Of a stretch of 64,000 nt of DNA, positions 49,346 through 62,415 are shown one piece after another. Numbering within the stretch: the stretch's first letter is position 1; each line of letters opens with the position of its first letter. This stretch comes from Vicugna vicugna (Eukaryota). A model generated the notes under the pieces. It searched no databases, was not told where the DNA came from, and was given only the letters and a program-made list of their open reading frames with translations. The stretch is taken from the NCBI GenBank assembly GCA_013265495.1, contig MU057416.1:1358545-1422544 (forward strand), given 5' to 3'. Both the position numbers and the translations under genes were made by a program.

Positions 49346-52300
49346 TAAGCTTAATATTATGGTAATGTTTGTGAAAATATTTACAGAGCAGCCAGAAAAA
49401 GTCTCTCGCTAAATACCTTAAGACTCTTCAGAAATCACTTCTTATCATTGCTCGAATTGGATCAATGGCTTATTTCCATGCACAGAGGACGCACAGTGCT
49501 AACTGTATTCAGGACGCAAGATGCTCCCGAGTTTCCTTTGGCCGCTGGGCTGAGAACGAGGGTACAGACTTGCATTTCACAGATCTGAATAATAATCTGG
49601 AGGTTAGCTCATTACAGGAAACGTGGCAGTGTAAAGCTGCCGCCGTGCCTCTGCTCCGGGATTCTCAGGTTCCCGTGGAAGCCTTCCATGATTTGTTTAT
49701 GATGGGGAGATGATTGACTCTGTCAGTTACTAATAAATGGTAAATAAAAAAGTACCCCGTGATATTAAAGCACTACATTAGCTACATTGTGATTAAATCG
49801 CAGTAACACCACCAGCTATAAAGCTTTATAGAACCTTCTCAACCATGCAGTAATTCTCCTAACTATACTATTATGTAGAGCACAAATATTTCTTTGTAAG
49901 TCCCAGGCAATACATCAGGGAAGCGTTTACTGCTGAAGCTAGATTGAGAGTAAATGCACCTTGGGTCGCTATGAATAAAAGCTCTAGCTTCTCATTACTT
50001 TATGACAAGACACAGAAATTCACTTTACTTTTCATTTAAGCTTTTCGGCTTCCGTTTATAGATGTATGCCTTCACGCTTTTATTCCCTCCTAGCTTCAGC
50101 CGTACGTAATAAATGATTATAAATTTTCACATTTGACCACCTCTCTGCTGGTCTCATGCTTAATGCACAAAGTTGGGGGAGCTGCAGGTAAAATTTCACA
50201 AACACTTTTATTTATGATGTTGTCCTTGGTAACGGAAATTTCAATGTACTGAAATGAAAAGTATGATTAAAGGGACAGGACGTCCTGACAAGGATAGTGG
50301 AGGGCAGCCTTCCATTTCCCGCTGAAAATATATAATACTTTTTTGACATCAATTTCATAGAGAATAGACATGAGTTAGGCACGGAAAAAAAGACACAAAC
50401 GTGTTTCCAACTTCAGTCTTGTTGAATTTTCACTCTTATAACATATTAGAAATACCTGATCTGCACTCTTGAGCTTGTGATTTGAAAAATACCTCATCTC
50501 AGTTAAAATTTAATATCAAGGGCTGAAGAGAAATGGAGGAAAAATGGAATTAGGAATGAAAGGATTCTTTTTCTGGAAGATAATAGTGGGAAAGCGCTGG
50601 GGTTTTTTTTTTTCCTGTTTTCGATGGCTGATTTTATTGTTTTAAATCTCTATGGGTGGAAAAAAATACAGTCAAGAAAAACTGGAAAAGTTAGAAACGT
50701 TCGTAAAGAAACAAGGTCAATTACCTTCTTGTGTGCTTCCCCCGAGTCGCCATTAAGCAAACGGAGCGCAGCGCAGGTAGGTCTGCTGTTACAGCGTTAA
50801 GTGTATTTGAGCACTTGAGGTTGTGAGCTATCCTTTTGTTATAATTTAAGGGAAAAAAGAAATTAAATGATTGGTTGAACTTCCCCCAGTAAAGCCATTC
50901 CTCAAATAAAAGTATAGTTTCTGTGCCGGGAAGTTAGACTTGCTCAGGACATGCTGCTCTCCCCCACAAGTTTTACTCTGCTCTCCAGCCAGTTAATAAA
51001 ATGTGTTATCAGTAGCTCCGAGTCCAGGGATCATTATAACTCCTCCAGCCTTGTGCTGCCACCGCAGGGCGCGAGAGCTGTTTCCTGCTCCGTGGAAGAA
51101 GATAGAACATCTTGATTTCAAATCTCTGGAAACAAGATACTGTGGAAATTTTAAAACATCTGCCCCCTCCTTGATTTCCTATCTCTAGAAATAAGATTCT
51201 GGAAACATACTTTGAATAGCTGCAGATTCAGCCAGGGACGTGGCCAATCTGGGCGTCCACAATTATATTTAGGACACCCCGTGTCTCCACTGAGTTTCCA
51301 CACTGTGCAGAGGACCAGGCTAAGCTCGGGGAACAACACAAGAAAGCACCGAGCGTCGCTCCCGTGGTCCGGGGCTTACAGTTGGGCGAGGAAGAGCAGA
51401 CTTGCACGCAAATAACTAAAATTACAAGTCAGCAAATAATCAGAGCCATGTGAGCAGAGAGGTCAATTCCACGAAATTACGCCGCGCTGGAAGGGCGAGG
51501 TGTGGCTGCCATCTGGTAGTGCAGGGAGTTTGGGTGGTCTGCTCGTCGGTCTCAGTTCATGGCTCAGGCAGAGGTCAGTAAATTCAGCAGATCTGAGGGC
51601 TGCCAGTTGAGGACCAAGAGCTAAAGACCCTGCAGTGTCCTTGGAGAGATGGGGAGAGATGCCAAGCGAGGAAAGGAGAGGGGCGGGTCCAGGGATCAGG
51701 AGGTGAGGTGACCAGCACCCCAGCATCCAGTGCCCGGTGATGTTTACACAGCAACACAGGACATGTTGCAAGACTCTGAAAGGCACCTTGTGGGTTTTGC
51801 ATTCATGAACATCAGAGGCTCGTTAGCGCCTTGGCAGACGGCTTGCTGGACGGCACGTGTCCTCAGCTGTTACGTGTTCAGGAAAGTATTCTGCGGATGT
51901 GTGGGCTAAAAACGCAGCCTGGGCGGCGTTTCGGCGACCTCACAGCCTTCTTCAGTAACTGCGCCTCCAAATACTCCCTGACAGCTTTCATTTGCTGCTT
52001 AGCTCTTGCAGAGCCCTGAAAATACGTTATGTCTCATGTCAGTTGTAAAAATAACACCACAAATTACAACCAAAACAAAATTACCCGGTAATTATCATTT
52101 ACGTGTCCGCTTGAATCCCTCACAGAGGTGCTGTTCCTTTAGTCTGCCGTCGTGAGCCACACAGTTTAACACACGGCGCGCTGGACGGGTTTGTTTAAAT
52201 CTTTCTCCCTCCCCGCGCTGCAGTAACGCATGCGGCCGCCTCCCCGCGCTCTCGGAGCGCCCGCGTCCCGGAGCGCTTCTGACACGCATGGTACAGCCTC

Positions 52301-54179
52301 CAGTCTGACCGAAACAGGCGTGGTAAACATGTGGTGTCAATTATGGGAAAAAACCCGAACAAAGGTTAGAAGAATAAGAACAGAGCTCACGCTTTCTTTC
52401 AACTTGTTAATGTCTCTGACCCTTTCGTACAAAAATCACTTTAATCAACAGTATATCCCTTTCCTTGGGGCCTCACCGTTTAGCAGCCTGGAGATCATGT
52501 TTGGCGATCAATTACACACATCAAGTTGAGAAGCTGCAGGACTGGGGGTCATTTACGCTCGCAGGGAAACCTGAGACCCCAGGCTTCTCAGGCCTTCCCA
52601 TCCCCACCCCACTCGGGCTTTTCTGAAGCTGCCAGAGACGAGGAAGCTTAATTAAACTTATCCGAGATCCCTTTTTTCCGGCCTGGGCAGCGAAAGCCGC
52701 TATCTTAGGTAGAGCGGGTTCCGAGTCTCATGCTGTCCCCGTGCCCCTGTCGTCACGTGGCCATAGCTGCACATGCACACGTGCACACGCAGGTTCTAGT
52801 CAAACATCCTTGGTGACAATTGATTATTTTTTTTCTAATTGAAGTATAGTCAGTTTACAATCCGTCTGTTTCTGGGCACAGTGTCATGGTTCAGTCATCC
52901 ATGTGCAGACATAGACTCCTTTTCGTACGTAGCCTTTTTCATTTTGAAAATTGATTCTTAACTTGCTTTGAGTCTCATCTAAAGCCAAAACAGCCATCCA
53001 AGTCCAAGTATGGCCACTGACGTCCGTCAGCAGCGCTGGTGTCAGTGTCCCATCCATAACCGGAGGCTGACGGGGGGCCGCGCCCCTGCCCACGTTCTTC
53101 CCGAATCTCATATGCAGGCTGGTGGAATGTGCGATCGCAGATGCTGAGAGGAGATTCTCAGTGAAGTGCTGTTGAACTGGTGTGGCTTCAGACCCAACTC
53201 AACAACCCAAACTCTACTTTAAAAATCCACAGGGAGGAGAACTGTCTGACGCCCAGCAGTGTGCCGAGAGATGTGTCAAGTGACGTCCCGTGTCCGTCTG
53301 AAGACCAGGCCAGGGCTCCAAAGCAGGTACAGATTTGGCTTCTTGTATTTAACTTCGTGGACTCTCCCCTCCCCTTCCCTCCCTCCGGCCTCAAACTCTC
53401 AGATAAGAGGACGCAGCCACTGGATCTCAAAGATTTTAAAAGACCACTCCTTCAATCTTCATTCGTTCATTCAACAAATGTTTGCTGAGTGACTGCCATG
53501 TGTAATTTTGCTCCGTGTTGGCTTCAAGGGGTCACTAATAATTTTGCATCTATGCAGTGTGTTGGAGTCAAATTCATCTTTATTTGCTATAGCACCAAAT
53601 CCCCAAAGAACTCCCTAATCAAAGGATGGAGCAGTCCTGGGAATCAGAAAAACGTCGCTCCCAGTGCCAGGTGGGAGCAGCCGTCCAGTCCGCGCCTTCG
53701 CAGCAGGCGGGAGGGTGGGAGCAGATCTGGGTGTTCACAGCACACTCTTCAGATGCCGCGGCTTGACCGACGCACAGAACGTGAAGTGTGTTCTGAGGCC
53801 GTCTGCTGTGCGCAAGGAGCATCTGTCTTAATTGACGCCTTCTGAGCGTTAACAGCGGACCGTGCATTCTCTTCCGCCGCGTGTTGGCTTGCCGTGTTCC
53901 ACGGCGCTGCGCAGCAGGGGAAGAGGAGAGAGCGTGCGGCCACGTGGTTCTTAGTGCGACGCTGGTGTGTGGTTTCCGTGCCTTTGGCTTTGCTCCTGGA
54001 AGCACATTTCCTTCTCGTGCTTGTTTTGGAGACCAGACTAGTGAATAAACCGTTTTGACTGGCAGGCTTCGTGTAGGTGAACTGGAAACACTGTTTTCCC
54101 TCTAAAAGTCTAGCTGTGTGTATCTTGTAACGGCAAATGTCCGCGTAGATCACTTTCCTATTAAAAACAGGTGTTTTGT

Positions 54180-54297
54180 TAGTTTTAGGGAAGTTCTATT
54201 CTATGTTATTTTATTTCTTTAATGGAGGTACTAGAGAGAGAACCCAGGACCTGGTACATGCTCAGCATGAGCATTACCACAGAGCTACACCGCCCCC
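54180..54297 (-). mobile_element. tRNA-derived SINE (Vic-1-like, diverged)
   Basis: aatggaggtac...gaacccaggacctggtacatgctcagc...agagctacac. Confidence 0.85.
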
Positions 54298-54437
54298 ACC
54301 AGGAGGCTTTGAAAAACATCGTTGCTTGTTACAGACCCAGTGGCTTCTGAGTATTTCTTCTTCAGTGTCAGTGTAGAGGAAAGGACAGTTGCATTCTTCT
54401 CATTCTACCCTCATGGGCTCCAAGTATGTCCTTCCCC

Positions 54438-54546
54438 GGGCGAGGGCGCAGCGCACACCAGGGTTCAGTCCCTGGTACCGCTTCTAGAAATAAATGAATA
54501 CACCTAACTACCTCCCCCAAAATAAATAAATAAGAATAAAATTTTA
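54438..54546 (+). mobile_element. Internally deleted Vic-1-like SINE
   Basis: gggttcagtccctggtacc...cctaactacctccccc; TSD aag(t/g)atgtcctt on both sides. Confidence 0.8.
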
Positions 54547-54644
54547 AAGGATGTCCTTGCACCTCCCAAACTATTGCAGCAAAAAGGAGGAACTAGCTGG
54601 TCAACAAGTTAACGCATCTGTTTTCCAGTTTAATGCCAATTATT

Positions 54645-54768
54645 TTCTGTCTGTTTGGGGGAGGGGAGGTAATTAGATTCATTTATTTTGTGTTTCAGCG
54701 GAGGTACTGGGGATCGAACCCAGGATGCTAAGTGCACACTCTACCGCTGAGCTACACCCTGCCTCCAC
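54645..54768 (-). mobile_element. tRNA-derived SINE (Vic-1-like)
   Basis: ggtaattagattc...gggatcgaacccagg...gctgagctacaccc; flanking duplication ..aattatttt. Confidence 0.88.
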
Positions 54769-57089
54769 CAACACTAATTATTTTTTGATGGTTAGTATAG
54801 TTGACATTCCATGAAAGTTTAAATTCCAAACAAAAGACAGAGGTGTCGGCATGCCGATGTGCAGAAACGTCACGTGGTCACTGTTGTTACAAACAACACG
54901 TCATGGTCCGATGCCAAAAATGACTACAGATTGCCTACAAATGAAGTTGGAATATTTCATCTGCCTTAAAAGGAGCTAAAAGGAAAAGGGTCCAGATGAG
55001 CTGCAAAAACCTGCAACACGTAGTCACAGAAACGAGGAGGAAAGGGAGGTTTCTTGGTCTTCCTTTCCCGGCGGAGAGGCGAAGCGCGTGCCTGAGGTCC
55101 GGTGCGGCATTGATCGCGCTCCATCCCGGAGTCACCAAGGTTTGTCAGGCTGCAGTGAAGCTTTCTTTGCATTAACCAGCCAAGCACATAAACATTTTAA
55201 TGAACTGTTTTTACATGGTTCATTGGGCGGCTACCAGGCTACTGTAATACAGATCACCCCTCCGCCACTTCCAGCTTGCTCGGGACAAGGCCCTTTTTCA
55301 GTTACCAAATGCAAATTGAGTATCAGGGCGATAAGGCCTCATCAAGCACGTGGCTATCGGAGCGTGGGAAGTGCTTAGCCTGGGGTTGGCTGTACTCTGG
55401 GGAAGTCTGTTCGAAGTCTGACTCTTAGAGGATTTCAACTCTCAAGCTTCCAAACCGAAAGTGAAGTCGTTGAGACCCCCCAGAAGTAAGCCCAGAGTCA
55501 CCACTCTGTGTGGACGTGGTTTTATGCAGTCAGTGGCTGTTTCCCTGGGTAAGTAGCTGGGTCCCCGTTGGGCATGAAGCGATGGTGTCCCCAGATGGAC
55601 GCGTCTTAGTGACCTGAAGGCTGGAATGAGTCACCCAGCTCAACAGCAATGCAGATCAGATCCCCCCGGATAATTAAGTAGCGTTACTGATGAGCATCTG
55701 TGCGTTCTCGTCAAAGCGTACAGTAACACTGAATTATAAAATATTTACTGTGCACTCGGAGAGCTTTATGACACTGTATGTATTTGTAAGATTACAGATT
55801 GGCCCAACACATAATTTAATAACGAATGCAAATTATAAGTGAATATTTAACAAACCGTGCCACATTTTACATCTTAACATCTCTTCTGCCACGGATATGA
55901 CTGAATGAGAAATGGCTTCATGATGTATTGTCCCCGCCTAATGCCTCAGTGAAAACAAGGTGTTTTCACCTTGATGTGGCCTTTAAAACAAATTAATTTG
56001 TTAACACTTAAAAATGCAGTGTAACAGATGACATAAAACATTTATAAGACAGTTTATGACCCAACCATGTTCTAATTCAATGATATTTATTAAAACATTT
56101 TATCTGGCTAATCATTTCACGGCCAAGATTTGGAAATGTTTGTTTGTCAAGTCGAGCCGAGGATTTAAATGCTACTAATGGTACCATAAAGATGTTATAT
56201 GGTGTTAATACAACCCGAGTATTAAAAATATAATGAATCTGCTATTTACGAGCCATTAACCTTTACCTCACCCCCAGAATAAATTCCATATCATTACAGA
56301 CCTATCAATACACCCGCTCTGACTTTGCACCCTCCCGACGCCACGTGCCTTCCTGACGATGTCTTCACAGGCCAAATTTATCGGTCTGGGGAGATAAATC
56401 AGGCTTTTTTTCTCCTGGGGACTTTGTGTTGAACGCAAAGTATGAGATGGTGCTTTTTTTCGCTCTTAAGTTTCCTTTGTGGTTGCCACCTTAGTGGTTC
56501 TGAAATAAGCCAGGAACCACTGCATGTATTAATAAGATGTGGGTCAGATCGGCCGCTTCACCATAGGAGAGGTTTTAGCTCCTCTGCTAAACTAAAACAT
56601 CGAAAGAGAGCTTTCTTTCTGTTACTGAAAAATTAAAGAGCCTCAGACTTCTCCAACTTCGTACGCTCCTTAACTCAGTGATTCTGGGACAGTAACATGG
56701 AGAAAATCCTACTTATTAAAGTGTTTCCACATATGAACATCTTTGCCAGCGAAACACTGGCAACAACTTCAGAGTACGCGCTGTGGGGTAACCTGGGCCA
56801 CCCGCCGGGCGGCACATTACAGAGCCGCTAAAAGTCCTGCCTCTGAGTCTTATTTAAGACCATAGCAAACGCTCCGCTTAAGACACAGTGCCAAGGAGGG
56901 AAAGAGTAGGGTGCACGTTGAACTGGTGCCTGCGGAGAACTGTGTCAAAGGAAAACAAACTCCTGAAACAAGAAGAAAACGACTCTCAAAGCAGAAAGTG
57001 CTACCAGTTCCCGTCACTTATTGTTCATGAAATGATGTGTGTCGTTCTGGAAATCATTCAAACAAAACCATTTTTTTAGTGGAGGAAGG

Positions 57090-57870
57090 GCTGCTTCCGC
57101 CGGTCCTGATGCTGCTTGCGTGGACCTGCTACCTCTTTTGTGAAGCGTCCCCCAAAAGCCCCAGGAAGGGGTCCAGACCGAGAGCAACGATCGTTTGGTT
57201 TGAAGGCGGTGGGGCAGGATGGTTCTGCAGTGCAGTTTCGGATCAAGAGGAACACACCACTGAGTAAACTGAGGAAAGCCTGTTGTGGACGACAGACAGG
57301 GTCTATCAGTGAGGCAGAGCGGATTCCGATTTGACGGCAGCCAATCAGTGAAACAGACACAGCGGCACAGCTGGAAATGGAGGCTGAAGACACGATGGAT
57401 GTGTTCCAGCGGCAGACAGGAGGTGTCTGCTGAAAAGGGAACCTGCCCCTTGACTCCAGAATCCTGCTCCTCCAGACCAGGAAGACGTTCTCAGTTAGAA
57501 AACCTCGTTTGGCTCCACCACATCCTGGCTGCTACAATAGTTTCCTCTGCTTTCATTTTCCCTTTCCCCTTTCCTTTATTGTACATAAAGTAACTGGTGT
57601 ACGTGAACAAGCATGTTGCATTTTTCTAAACTGAATGGCCAATGGTATGTTTTGATTGACATCAGATGGAGATGGGATGGGGAAATGCTGGTTCTGTGAA
57701 AATACCCCTTCCCCCATCAGTGGCATGCTCACCCAGGGCCTGTCCGTACATTCCAGTAAGTTATTTTGTGCTCACCGTTTAATGAAAAAAGAACATAAAA
57801 ATCCTTGCGTAATTCGTTCTATTGAAGAATTTTAATGATTTTCACTTATCTTTGTAAAACCAAAGACAAT
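57090..57870 (+). pseudogene. SUMO2 processed pseudogene
   Basis: Intronless. Frames give [29 protein letters not shown] / [15 protein letters not shown] / [31 protein letters not shown] (TGA 57431-57433). SUMO2-type 5'UTR (acctcttttgtgaagcg) and 3'UTR (ttattgtacataaagtaactgg). Start codon region deleted; frameshifts at ~57194, 57292-57299 (acag duplication) and ~57336. Confidence 0.93.
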
Positions 57871-58466
57871 TTTTTTCACTGAAGTCTAGTCAGTTACAAT
57901 GTGTCAGTTTCTGGTGCGCAGCACAGTGTCCCGGTCATGCATGTACATATGTTCGTTTTCATATTCTTTTTCATTAAAGCTTATTACAAGATATAAAAAA
58001 GTTATTATAAGACAGTGAATATAGTTCCCTGTGCTATACAGAAGAAATTTGTTTTTTAATCTATTTTTATACATAGTAGATTATATTTGCAAATCTTGAA
58101 CTCCCAATTTATCCCTTCCCACCCACTCCCTTACCCTCCCCCACCCCAGGTAACCGTAAGATTGTTTACTATGTCTGCAAGTCTGTTTCTGTCTAGTAAA
58201 TGAGTTCATTAGTGTCCTCTCCTTTTCTTTTTTCAGATTCCACATATGAGTGATACCATATGGTATTCTTCTTTCTCTTTCTGGTTTGCTTCACATAGAA
58301 TGACGATCTCTAGGTCCATCCATGTTGCTGGAAAATGGCATTATTTTATTCTTTTTATGGCTGAGTAGTATTCCATTGTATAAATATTCCACAGCTTCTT
58401 TACCCAGTCATCTGTCGATGGGCACTTGGGTTGTTTCCATGTCGTGGCTACTGTACATAGTGCTGC
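57871..58466 (-). mobile_element. LINE-1 3' fragment (ORF2 end and 3'UTR)
   Basis: Colinear with the 22376-23033 element (agattccacatatgagtgat, tttatggctgagtagtattccattg). Confidence 0.9.
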
Positions 58467-61400
58467 TTCCAATGATTCTTTGTGTTGCTGACTTATTTTC
58501 TCTTTAAAGCTTAAACCACTTTAACAATGTAATTCTGGGCTTTAAAACCCCAGCTAAGGAGAGGATTTTCACACTTTAATTCCTAAAGTGAGTTCTTTTT
58601 CAGAAGTACTTATAAAATGTGTATGCAAAGTGGGCAGTAAAAGCAGAGCAAAGGTCTGTTGTTACATTCAGCAAGACCCAGGCATGGGTCACTCATGACT
58701 TCAGTGGTCAGAATCTGGCTAACGCCCTCTCCCCCTGCCAGCCCCCCTCCCCAGGAGAGAACCGCCACGTGGTCAGAGCACCCTGCGTTCAAACGCCATC
58801 TCCACTGCTCGGTAACACACCTGATTGCTCTAGGGTGGGAACTCATCCAGGACCTGCAAGGTGAAACCTAGCCACAGAGCCACAAGGGGACCAGGGCCAG
58901 GCTGGCAACAGGGAGAACCCCCGGTGAGACGCCCGCCCCCGAGAGCATCCTTGCCAGGGTCAAAGGCAGTCCGGGCTGGACCGAGGGCCTCACCTCTCCC
59001 AGCGCCGAGCTGCGGAGTCACGCCAGGGTGGTGTCACGCCCAGGCTGCCGGGCCGGATGGAGCCCAGGCGTCTTTGCTGTCTGAGAAGCCACCTGGAAAG
59101 TAGGGATGGGAAGAAATTCAACGCTTCCCCCTAGCCAGTTAGCAAACTTCCTAAGTGCCATTCATTTACCCTTGAATGTGGACATCCCCTTTTTTTGTGG
59201 TCAGCCTGGAACGCGTGTAGAGTGAGGCCATCGAATTGTATAAAAGACCTTATAAGCATCTTGACCGTTGTCTGCCTCCTTCCAACACCGTCCCCAGCCC
59301 ACTTCCAGGGACGCGGGCTGCACGTGCACTGCCCTGGGAGGAGCAGGCCTTTTCCACTTGTGGTTTTATGCCAAATCATAACCACGATTCAGAACATTCA
59401 AGTCCTGTTCCCTCTAAAAGTCGCGTAGCCCCCTTTAGATCATATTCGGGGGCAGGTCCTTTTCTTTGTTTCAGGGTCGGGGAAGAGAGAAGGGGGTGGT
59501 CACATACGGTGACACCTGGGGTTCCTGCAGAGAGGACACACTGACAGATGACCCGCAGTTCCTTCGACTCTTATGGTAGGGACACAGGCGCAGCCTCCCT
59601 TGGCCGGCCACGGAAGCAGCAGTGAGCTCTGCCTCCTCACATGTGACTCCAGGAACAGGGGGGACAAGACCAGTTCCCCCCAGAGGTGCAGACAAAGAGG
59701 AGCACCCTCCCAGAGGAGCTGATGGAGCCGCCGTGGAGAGCATCCCTGTGATCAGTCAGAGAGGCAGGCGAGTTATTAGCTTAGCCCTGAACCGCCTCCT
59801 TAATGTGGGACCAGAGGCGATGGTTAACAGAGCCTGGCCGCGGTGACAGGCCTGGGACCTGCTCGAGGAAATCCAATTGAAACTCAGCGAAGAGGAACAA
59901 AAGCGAAAAACAGATGTTCCGGCTCCCGGGACGCACACATTTCACCTGAGAATGGGGTTGGGGGGGCAGCATTCGTTTCTAAATATAGTGACTCCCCCCT
60001 CCACCCGCATAGATGTTGTCAGGTTCTATGATAGCCATCCATGCTCGTCTCCGCCAATCTTCAGCAATTTCTTTAAAATAAGATAATGTCAGAATCGTAA
60101 CAGCTATTAAGGGAATTCAGGGTGTTGGATTTATCTGCCGAGTTTTACTAAAATATTTCAGCTAGCTCAAACAGTCTGAAGTGCCAGTCCCATAGCAACT
60201 GAAAATTATCTTTACGAAAATTTTCACCCACGTTTTAATTATTGGATTATAATATTACCACTTTGGTAACATATCATCAAGAGAGTTCTGTTTTGATTAG
60301 TCCCTTTTTTTTTTCCAGCCACGTCTGGTTACTAAACAGGGGGGTTTAAGCTGGTAGAGGCGTGATCGCTGCACAGAACGGGACTGGACCGGCATTCAAG
60401 CCTGATGAGGTCAGGTAATTCGATTGGGACGAGAGTGGAGGTTCCTGAATCATGGCGATATGTGGTGTACGCTAGGAAGCACCCTCCTTTACGTCAGCGC
60501 AGTTCGGGTTTTTTTAACGGGCTTTCTAAGAGGGGAGAGATCGTCTCACTGTGTTGATTCCCACCCCAACCCCCCAAATCAGTACTCTCAATGGAATTGA
60601 GTAGATCTAATGTAGTTCAGCAGTGTGCTCATGAGAAGATCAACATATGTAAACAATGTTAAGTGAATTAATGCATGCCGCCCTGAGGCCGGATCTCGCC
60701 CCACCTTCGTGGTGGTGCTCTGTGCGTCCAAAGCAGAGAACAGCCGCAGAGCATTTTCTCTGGTAGCACTGCATTTTTTACTGGTAGATTTCAATCTGAT
60801 ACACTTTTGGGGTCACCGAATCTTTATTTGCTTTAGAATGCCCGATTGTATCCCCCTGTAAAGGAGGAACGAGTTCGAGCTGTCGTCTGTGCTGAAATTT
60901 ATTGGCAGTATTTATGAAGAGGGTGATCTTGAGGAATGAAAGCTTTTAAACTCCGAGAACAGCAGCAAAAATAAATTAATCAGGATTCCATCTCTAATTT
61001 ATACAGGAATCACTTACAAGGGAGGTAAAACGGTTCAGTAAATTATAGATTTACAAACTGGTTTCCAGGACCTTGGAAAATACTTTAATTGGTATATAGA
61101 TCTTTTTTTTTTTCCTAAAAAACAATTTTGACTTCAACTTCAGAGAGAAGGGACATAAAACCAAACCCTCTCTGTGAAAATGCAAGGGGAACCCCTTCCC
61201 GGTGACAGGAGGAACACGTGAGGACGGCTTGTAGGATTCATCCACCCTCAGACTCGGGTGGGGCACGTCTACCATTTCTCTGCCTCATGCCCCTGAGTTC
61301 TGAGTTGTCAGCACCCAAGGTTAATGATACCCGTCTTTTCGCCGTCATAAACAGTTAGGACGGTTTAGCAAGAGAGAAATTCTGCTCACCACAGGCTGTG

Positions 61401-62151
61401 TTATTGTTCTCTGTAGACAAAGGACAAAGCTTATTATTTCTACATAAATTTAAACATTATTATGAGAGAACAGACTTTTTTCCCCTCTTGTGGGTGATGA
61501 AATTAGTCTATGTGTTTCTTCATTTTGAACGGCTATTTTTTTTTAAGCTTGCAGACTAAAAATGAAGAATTTCTAGGAATGATGGAGCGTTCTAGTCTTT
61601 GAAATACACACTGATTTTTAAGGGCTGCGTGGGAGGAGGAGCCAAGCGTCCTTTTGACTGTTAGATGACCAGCACCTGGACCTGAAACGCCCGGTGCTCG
61701 GCTGGAGAGGACACTTCTTGCTACTAAATGAACACACAGGGACAAAGCAGGGGGGCTGGCCGTGCAGAAAGAATGCCCCAAGAGCAGCCAACAGGGTCAG
61801 CTCGCAAAAACTGCCAACGAACATCTCCTTCTGTGAAAAATATTTAATTCCAGAAAATACAAACTACTGTTTTCTCACCCATCCAAACCTTTGTTTCTTT
61901 CCTGCAAAGATTCCTTCTAAGATTCGAGAAGCGCGCTACTGATTTTACAGTGCAGGGCCGTTAAGGCTAAAAGGCAAGGCTGGAAATACTTGATATTTGA
62001 TATTGATGCTTCTAATGCCCACTAGGTGCGTGTGAGACACAGCGTTAGCATCACAGAGAAACGTGTTAGGTGCTTCGTTAGATTCCTTTAGAACGAAGTG
62101 AGGCCAAGAACTTAGCGACAAAATAACGTACGTGCTTGGGGATCATTTCAG

Positions 62152-62415
62152 TTTTTTTAATGGAAGTGCAGTCAGCTTACGATGTTGCATCCATTTCTGA
62201 TGTATAGCGTCATGTTCCAGTCATACATGCACATGCATATATTCCTTCTCATATTCTTTTTCATTCTAGGTTACTTACTACAGGTATTGAATATAGCTCC
62301 CTGTGCTGCACAGTAGGACCTTGTTTATCTATTTTGTATCTAGTAGTTGGTCTCTCAGATCTCGTCCGTATGGTTACCAGCAGGGAAAGCGGGTGGGAAG
62401 GGATAAACTGGGAGT
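62152..62415 (-). mobile_element. LINE-1 3'UTR fragment with 5' inversion
   Basis: Antisense 3'UTR at 62152-~62352, then sense segment tatggttacc..gggtgggaagggataaactgggagtt; tcatttca duplicated at both ends. Confidence 0.8.

Noticed and set aside
57116..57593. Functional SUMO paralogue
   Set aside because: ATG deleted, three frameshifts, and a premature stop at 57332-57334 in the main frame.
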